Source: a virus (Duplodnaviria; Caudoviricetes). From it: 59,443 nucleotides of DNA. Positions 53,836-59,443 of the stretch are shown here, piece by piece. Each line of letters starts with the position of its first letter. Positions within the stretch are counted from its first letter, which is position 1. The notes beneath the pieces are model-generated. The model did no database searches, was not told where the DNA came from, and saw nothing but the letters and a program-made list of their open reading frames with translations. The DNA lies in IMG/VR virus record IMGVR_UViG_3300037310_000051, positions 1 through 59,443 of that record. One strand, written 5' to 3'. Made by a program: the position numbers and the translations under genes.

Positions 53836-54283
53836 GAACCACCTTGTCCAGTTCTATGCCCGCCTCGCGTGCGAACTCCGCTTGTTTGCTGGAGACCGCG
53901 ATGATCGCCGGAGTCTCCAAATATTTCCATTGCCCCACCCGCGCATAATGCTTGTAGCGTTTTCCGCTCGGGCTAAATCCGCCTGTGCGTCCCGATCGAG
54001 GATTCTCGTGCACCGCCCGCGCATAGGGCGCCGCCGCCCCTCCCGCCGAGACCGTCACGGAGGCGCCGCGCGCGGTGACTTCCGGCGGAAGGGTCTGAAT
54101 CGAGCTGCGCAACGCGCCGAACATCACCGGCACATAGTCCTCCTTGGCGGGTTTCTCGATCTGATCCTGCACGAATCGGAAGAGCGCGTTGCCGAGCGCC
54201 TCCGGCGCCTGCTCGCGCAACACACGCAGTTTGCGCACGACGTCCTCGACTCCTGTGATTGTCAAGCGTATCGGTTGCGGCAT
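53822..54283 (-). CDS. HK97 gp10-like neck protein
   Basis: VPV..GALRSS, APYA..VHE, GQWKYLE.P motifs. Confidence 0.8.
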   Translation of the reverse strand: MPQPIRLTITGVEDVVRKLRVLREQAPEALGNALFRFVQDQIEKPAKEDYVPVMFGALRSSIQTLPPEVTARGASVTVSAGGAAAPYARAVHENPRSGRTGGFSPSGKRYKHYARVGQWKYLETPAIIAVSSKQAEFAREAGIELDKVVHGLR

Positions 54284-54287
54284 TGCA

Positions 54288-54656
54288 TTATCCCATCCCA
54301 CACATCAGTACTGTTGCGACTGGTCCACGGCTATCGTTAAGATACTGCACGCTCACAATCTTGGTCGTCGGCGCCTCGAAGTCTCCGCTGTCGTTGCGTG
54401 TCCCGTACTCACTCGGCATGACCAAGCGATCGCGCGGGTCCACCTGAACGGCCTCCCCGATGATGATCTTGTAGAGGCCGGGCAGCGCTTGCGTCGTGCC
54501 GGTCGTCTGCGCCACCCCTTGCTGCACATGCGCGCGGTAGTCTGCTCCGCTTCCATACGTTGCCTCCCCGGCCGCATTCTGTCCCGTCCACGGATACAGC
54601 GTGACGGTCTGGCTGAAGAGCTTCGTCAATCGCTGGGCGATGCGCACGGCGCCCAT
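54288..54656 (-). CDS. Head closure/stopper protein
   Basis: QTVT...G...GE.TYG; canonical position before the gp10-like gene. Confidence 0.65.
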   Translation of the reverse strand: MGAVRIAQRLTKLFSQTVTLYPWTGQNAAGEATYGSGADYRAHVQQGVAQTTGTTQALPGLYKIIIGEAVQVDPRDRLVMPSEYGTRNDSGDFEAPTTKIVSVQYLNDSRGPVATVLMCGMG

Positions 54657-54661
54657 GGCTG

Positions 54662-54985
54662 CTACCTCCGCACGATTAGGCTGATCGGCTCATCGCTCGG
54701 AAAGAACACGGTCTGACTCGACCCATCCACCACCTTGAAGCGCAACTCGTACGGACTACCCGATTCCACAAAGTCTCCGGTGTCGGGCGTGAGCCGGACC
54801 TGTCCATCTGTGGCGCTTAAAATCGTGACATCGCTGGTTAGCGTGACCGCCTGCTTCAGCCGATTGAACGCCTGCCCCGTGACGGTCATGCTTGTAAGGT
54901 TTTGAATCGCACCGTCATTCAACAGCTCGAAGTCTAGCGGCCCAGACCACCCCTCCACGATGCCAACCTTCACCTGAGACATCAC
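54662..54985 (-). CDS. BppU N-terminal-like small virion protein
   Basis: NLT..TV...A.DGQV......D...G..Y...F.V.......FP pattern. Confidence 0.55.
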   Translation of the reverse strand: MMSQVKVGIVEGWSGPLDFELLNDGAIQNLTSMTVTGQAFNRLKQAVTLTSDVTILSATDGQVRLTPDTGDFVESGSPYELRFKVVDGSSQTVFFPSDEPISLIVRR

Positions 54986-56262
54986 AGCACCTCCACAGTG
55001 CGCGGACCACCAAGATGCCGCAGTGTCCTCATTAGCGATCGCGCACCGCGACGAACCGGCGACAGATGTTTCACCGTGGCGATCAGCACATTGCCAATGC
55101 GATTTAGAAACACTTCGATCGCACTGCCACTTTCTAGCGTGCCGATCATGACGGCGTCCGCACTCGTTATCCCCGCGCGCACGCTGCTCGCATCTACCGT
55201 GACGATGGCGGACAGATCTTCACGCTGAAGCACTGCGAGAATCCGCTCGACCACATCTGACAGCATCAAGGTGATTGTATCATCGGTGGACACACGGAGA
55301 AACGCACTCGTTGTCTCTTGTAAATTGACCGGCAGCTGATCGTCGCGCGTTAGCCCAGCAAAGATCTGACTCGACTCTGATACAATCAGGGCGACGGCAT
55401 CGGCGCCCGATACCGAGATAACGGGAAATGCTAACTCGGCAACGCCAATCGTCAGGCTATCGCCCGTAGCACTGATAGTGACCGCGATCACGCCGGAGTC
55501 ATCAATGCCGATGCGCGGTGCATCCTCGCGTTGCAGTATGGCTTGCAGTGATGCGCTCTCCTGCCAGGAGAGGGAGACGGTGTCATCTCGCTGAGAGGCT
55601 ACAAGGATCGATACGTAGGCGTCGATCAGTCCAATAACTAAAGCGTCGGACGATGATTTCGCGACCAGTCCGCCGTCCTCAAAAATATCGAGCGATGAGG
55701 AATCAACAATGATGATGGCCGGTAGATCCTCGCGGGCGATGACGGCGAGGATCGAACGATCTTCGATCAGACCCAGCGTGAGCGCATCCTCACGGGATAA
55801 GACCGCTGCGACGGTGCGATCCTCTGACAGGACCACCACCACGGCATCTTCGCGCGAGAATGCAATCAGTAGGGCTGCTGATTCGGCAATGCCAATAGTG
55901 AGCGACTCGTTGCTGGTAAAGGCTGCAAGCGTTGAGGAGATGTCGGCGATTACAGCGGCGAGACTCTCCTCGCGTTGTAGCTGAGCAAGAAGTGTGCGAT
56001 CTTCACTGATGAGAAGCTGTGGAGAATCATCTCGTAAGAGAGTGGCAAAGAGTGCGCGATCGTCCACAAGGCCCATTAACAGCGAGTCTGATCCCGCAAT
56101 AGGAGTTGGTCCTCCGGCAGCTTTCCCCGCAAAGCTCCCATACCGCCGCCCGCTGAACAGGTAGGGATGAAGCTGCGTGATCTTGCCGACCGTGCGCGGC
56201 TGATCCACCAGCAGCGCCGCCGCTCCAGGAGCCGTTGGGCTATGCCAGATAAACGCTCCCAT
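54982..56262 (-). CDS. Virion protein with about 20-aa tandem repeats (fibre/whisker-like)
   Basis: Repeating (R/S)(E/D)D..x.I.E.. units over most of its length. Confidence 0.65.
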   Translation of the reverse strand: MGAFIWHSPTAPGAAALLVDQPRTVGKITQLHPYLFSGRRYGSFAGKAAGGPTPIAGSDSLLMGLVDDRALFATLLRDDSPQLLISEDRTLLAQLQREESLAAVIADISSTLAAFTSNESLTIGIAESAALLIAFSREDAVVVVLSEDRTVAAVLSREDALTLGLIEDRSILAVIAREDLPAIIIVDSSSLDIFEDGGLVAKSSSDALVIGLIDAYVSILVASQRDDTVSLSWQESASLQAILQREDAPRIGIDDSGVIAVTISATGDSLTIGVAELAFPVISVSGADAVALIVSESSQIFAGLTRDDQLPVNLQETTSAFLRVSTDDTITLMLSDVVERILAVLQREDLSAIVTVDASSVRAGITSADAVMIGTLESGSAIEVFLNRIGNVLIATVKHLSPVRRGARSLMRTLRHLGGPRTVEVL

Positions 56263-56615
56263 CAGGCAATCTTCCGAATCGACGCATCAAAGGCGCGATC
56301 CGTCCCGGCGATTTTCTGTAGCGTCATATCCCAGCCATGCATGAGTATCAGACTAGGGGATACCCAGACTTCAGACTGTACGCCCTTTAGCGTCGCCGAA
56401 AACACCACTTTCTTCGTTCCACCAGTCGCCTCGACTTTCTCATATATTTTGATGCGGTATTCTTCGGTCTTGGTCATGTTGCCGCCATCGTCCACCCAGA
56501 GCTGATAAATTCCGTCGTCCGTGATGGTCTGAAGCGACGTGGTGCCGGACACAATGGAGAGTTCCGTCGCACCGACCGTCACGCCGTCGAGTTCATAAGG
56601 TTCCGTGATCGCCAT
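56262..56615 (-). CDS. Putative virion structural protein
   Basis: 117 aa beta-rich, SD AAGGAG. Confidence 0.6.
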   Translation of the reverse strand: MAITEPYELDGVTVGATELSIVSGTTSLQTITDDGIYQLWVDDGGNMTKTEEYRIKIYEKVEATGGTKKVVFSATLKGVQSEVWVSPSLILMHGWDMTLQKIAGTDRAFDASIRKIA

Positions 56616-56624
56616 AGAAACTCC

Positions 56625-57479
56625 TTAGCTCACCGCATGAATCGCACAATCCGGTTCGCCGGTGTCTGTGGCTCCGCTCATGGACAGCCGTGCCGTCAAG
56701 CGCGTACCGGACGGAACATCCTGGAACACCGGCCAGGAATTGAACGGCCCTTCGCAGAGCTCGCCAGATTCGTACCGAAACACAAAGGACTGCTGCACGC
56801 CAAGCATCAACTCTTCGGTGGCCGCTCCAACACCGAGGTCCATGAACACGTTTTTGACCGGTGTGAGCGTCGTGTCGCCGTCGGTCGGATGAAAGCTCGG
56901 CGCAAATGCGAAGTGATCTTCACTGGTGCTGGAGGTAATTTGCACCCAACTACCCTCTGCGCCGGAATAGCCCGCGGCGACATCCGTACCGGCCGGAACC
57001 GTCGTGATGCCGTAGGTCGTGACCTTGCGCCCAACACGAAAGGGGGGATACCCGTGCCCGCCGTACAGGACCACGGCGACGCGCATGGCGGTCGTCGTGC
57101 GGTCCCCTGCGACTTGCGCGGCAATGCGTGTGCCCGCCGGAATATAGAGCGGGAATTCCCAGACTTTCGGGCCAGCTCCCAACGTGGTGCCCACCGCTCC
57201 GCAGAAGCCCATCAGAAGATTGGGGATCAACACTTCTTCCGTCGCGGCCCCGACGAGAATATCAAGACAGCCCTGTGAGGTCGTGGCGGCCAACCCGTAC
57301 CCGGACGCAATGACCTTGATCCAGTAGGCATCAAAGCTGGTGCTGGCGATCAGTTCTGCCGGTGTGCCCTTGGTCGATGCCGCGGCTCCTGTCGTCACGC
57401 TCGTGCCAAGCGTCGTCGCACCGACATCGCCAAGGTTGTGCTGGACGCGCAGAATGCCCTTTTGTGGAACCCAGAGCAT
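56625..57479 (-). CDS. Putative virion protein with two homologous beta domains
   Basis: D(I/L).VGAATEE...(I/V)P(A/S)GTR(I/L).A occurs twice. Confidence 0.65.
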   Translation of the reverse strand: MLWVPQKGILRVQHNLGDVGATTLGTSVTTGAAASTKGTPAELIASTSFDAYWIKVIASGYGLAATTSQGCLDILVGAATEEVLIPNLLMGFCGAVGTTLGAGPKVWEFPLYIPAGTRIAAQVAGDRTTTAMRVAVVLYGGHGYPPFRVGRKVTTYGITTVPAGTDVAAGYSGAEGSWVQITSSTSEDHFAFAPSFHPTDGDTTLTPVKNVFMDLGVGAATEELMLGVQQSFVFRYESGELCEGPFNSWPVFQDVPSGTRLTARLSMSGATDTGEPDCAIHAVS

Positions 57480-57481
57480 GG

Positions 57482-58330
57482 TTAGATAATCCGAAACGTA
57501 TCTCCGCTTGCCGGTGCAGTACTCAACGCCGTGACGGTCAATGTCCCGCCCGATGAGCTCGCCGTAATGTCCGTGGCTTGCCCGCGCAGATTCGTGGTCG
57601 TCGTATCACGGTCAAAGACCACAATGCGGCCTTTGAACTGATCCGTCACCGCAGCCGCCGGTTCGAGGCTGCTGGTGGGAATGCTCGTCGTTGTCCCGCC
57701 CGTCGTACAGACCCCGCGCACGGACAATGAGGCAAACACGATATCGGCATACTTCGCGTAAGCCCCTTCCCAGTGTAGGATCTCAAACGTCGTCGTGTTG
57801 TCCGGTGCCGTCTCCCAGTTCGGTGTAACACTCGCCACCCGTGCGGAGGTATAGCCCGTGATGATTCGCGCCTGATTGTTCGCCCCACCCGTGCCCCCGC
57901 CACCCGTGCCGCCGGTTGTTTTCACGATGCAGCCAACTAGAATGTCTGGGACTGATGGGCAACTGCTTGGTAACGTGATCGAGCCGGAGGCGCCAGCCGT
58001 CGCAGTCCCGCTGAAAATCACAGGCAGGACACGCGGCATGACCGTGAGCAGCGTCGCCTTGGGTCCACTCGCCACTTTTGCCGCAAGCTGGACGATGGAG
58101 TAATTCGTCTCGGCACCGGTCAACGTGAGGTAGCCCGACCCGTTCGACCCGCTGATCGTCGTCACTTCCTCGGCACAGTCGGCAAACGCGCCGCCGTCGC
58201 CACTCACTTCTGTGTCGGGCGTGGTCGGATCTGTTGGGTCGCCGTCTGCATCGAGATAGGGCACAATAACCGTAAACCGCGCATTCTTGACGGGAAACGG
58301 CAGTGCCGCATGGGAAACGCTGTTCGCCAT
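57482..58330 (-). CDS. Thr/Ser/Gly-rich virion protein with repeated domain
   Basis: G..T.G....I...G.IV...QA..IT...V...TAP....F.I occurs twice. Confidence 0.65.
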   Translation of the reverse strand: MANSVSHAALPFPVKNARFTVIVPYLDADGDPTDPTTPDTEVSGDGGAFADCAEEVTTISGSNGSGYLTLTGAETNYSIVQLAAKVASGPKATLLTVMPRVLPVIFSGTATAGASGSITLPSSCPSVPDILVGCIVKTTGGTGGGGTGGANNQARIITGYTSARVASVTPNWETAPDNTTTFEILHWEGAYAKYADIVFASLSVRGVCTTGGTTTSIPTSSLEPAAAVTDQFKGRIVVFDRDTTTTNLRGQATDITASSSGGTLTVTALSTAPASGDTFRII

Positions 58331-58331
58331 C

Positions 58332-59219
58332 TCAGTTCACCCAGATTCCTTTTTGCCCCGATGGGCGCTGCGCCAACCGACGCAGACGAAGATTCCCGCC
58401 CGTGACTCCAGAGACGACATTCCCTACGTCGAGATTCTGGTACCACACCGGCCTCCGCACATGTCGCCAACGATCAGGGGTCACAGGGTAATTCGTAGGA
58501 GGGTTTGCCGTATCAATAATCTCAAATCGTCTCCCATTTTTCGTGCGGACACTGTGTCGTGACCCTTGTCGATCTTCCACGGTCGTCAGAGGCAAGCATT
58601 CCCACAGCGACAGGTAGTGGCGAGGCAACAACGGCCATGGCGAGCGAGCTTCATACGCCAATTCAAACGGGGCGAGATTGGCATTCCAGATTTTCACCCC
58701 GCACATGGCGCCGTCGAGATTTTCATTCTCCGCCCACGGCACATCTCCAATCCGAATCATGTGAGAGGTGCCGACGGTGTTGAAATAGGTGGTGTTGCCG
58801 GTACTGATCGTGGACACCAGCGACGTATCAGGGAGGTCGTAGTAGAATTCATGAATGGTGTCGGTGTCGGTGCGATAGCACCGGACGCCCTGATAATACC
58901 ACCGATCGGTGGATATGTACCCCTGCGGATCATCGAACCCATTGGCACCCACGGACCATTTCGCCGGAGGCGCACCGCCGTGTGCGGACGACGGAATAAT
59001 CGCTGCCGTATGATACTCCGTGCCGTCGAACGCGATATCCTTCCCGAACGAGTAGAGGCACATGTAATCATCGGTCGTGACCAGGCCGAGCATGCGCACC
59101 GCCCAGGTCGCTGAAAACGGATACGGCAACGGTAGCCTGCGCCGGAGCGTATGGTCTTCCAGATCGGACAGCCCGATGGCCTGATGTACGAATGCGGTAT
59201 GCCCGAATTGAATCGCCAT
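58332..59219 (-). CDS. LamG/concanavalin-A-like virion protein
   Basis: Start MAIQFGH; FSATWAV, WYYQGV, IRIG, LDG.MCGVKIWN..L motifs of LamG-like jelly rolls. Confidence 0.65.
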   Translation of the reverse strand: MAIQFGHTAFVHQAIGLSDLEDHTLRRRLPLPYPFSATWAVRMLGLVTTDDYMCLYSFGKDIAFDGTEYHTAAIIPSSAHGGAPPAKWSVGANGFDDPQGYISTDRWYYQGVRCYRTDTDTIHEFYYDLPDTSLVSTISTGNTTYFNTVGTSHMIRIGDVPWAENENLDGAMCGVKIWNANLAPFELAYEARSPWPLLPRHYLSLWECLPLTTVEDRQGSRHSVRTKNGRRFEIIDTANPPTNYPVTPDRWRHVRRPVWYQNLDVGNVVSGVTGGNLRLRRLAQRPSGQKGIWVN

Positions 59220-59443
59220 TAGGTAATCGTCTCGTAGACGCCTCGATATTTCACGGCATTGTTCGTGCCGGTCGTGTGAAAGGCGGTGCCCGTGGAATTT
59301 TTCACGACGATGCCCCACTTCGGGGGCAGCCGTCCACCGAACGCGGCGGCGATACTGAACGGTCCCCATTCCACATCATCGTTATCATCTGATGTATCCA
59401 CCGCTGCCGTGCCCAGCGGAATCAGATCGTTATACCCATCGAC
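58828..59443. repeat. Right copy of terminal direct repeat
   Basis: Matches 1-616. Confidence 0.95.
59219..59443 (-). CDS. 3' part of structural protein (allelic copy of 392-886), truncated by window edge
   Basis: ...DTSDDNDDVEWGPFSIA...YRGVYETIT; two residues differ from the left copy in the translated part. Confidence 0.75.
   Translation of the reverse strand, partial: VDGYNDLIPLGTAAVDTSDDNDDVEWGPFSIAAAFGGRLPPKWGIVVKNSTGTAFHTTGTNNAVKYRGVYETIT

Overview
This window is an apparently complete, circularly permuted siphovirus-type tailed phage genome of about 58.8 kb: bases 1-616 recur, about 96% identical, at 58828-59443. Almost every gene is on the minus strand. Read in transcription direction (high to low coordinates) the order is: an early region with a Ycf46-like AAA+/DUF1257/DUF2997 module; YqaJ/RecT recombination; a replication initiator, primase-helicase and RusA; a nucleotide-sugar cluster resembling CMP-nonulosonic (pseudaminic/legionaminic-like) acid synthesis; an AT-richer cassette with a GREB1/TAGT-like glycosyltransferase, a UDG-like protein and a UDP-glucuronate decarboxylase; the terminases; about 7.5 kb of small accessory genes; portal, MuF, a tRNA(CAT), HK97 protease and capsid; an expanded neck/appendage block; the tail with a +1 frameshifted chaperone; and lysis genes. 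The main candidate for a new system is the nonulosonate pathway together with two paralogous CstII/GT42/Maf-like transferases inside the head module, next to Ser/Thr-rich virion proteins, which suggests the phage glycosylates its own virion with a sialic-acid-like sugar. The AAA+ ATPase also has its Walker B segment before Walker A. I recognised no integrase or repressor. Several small proteins resemble Nitrospira families, so the host may be Nitrospirota (inference). All family calls come from reading motifs by eye; no searches were run.
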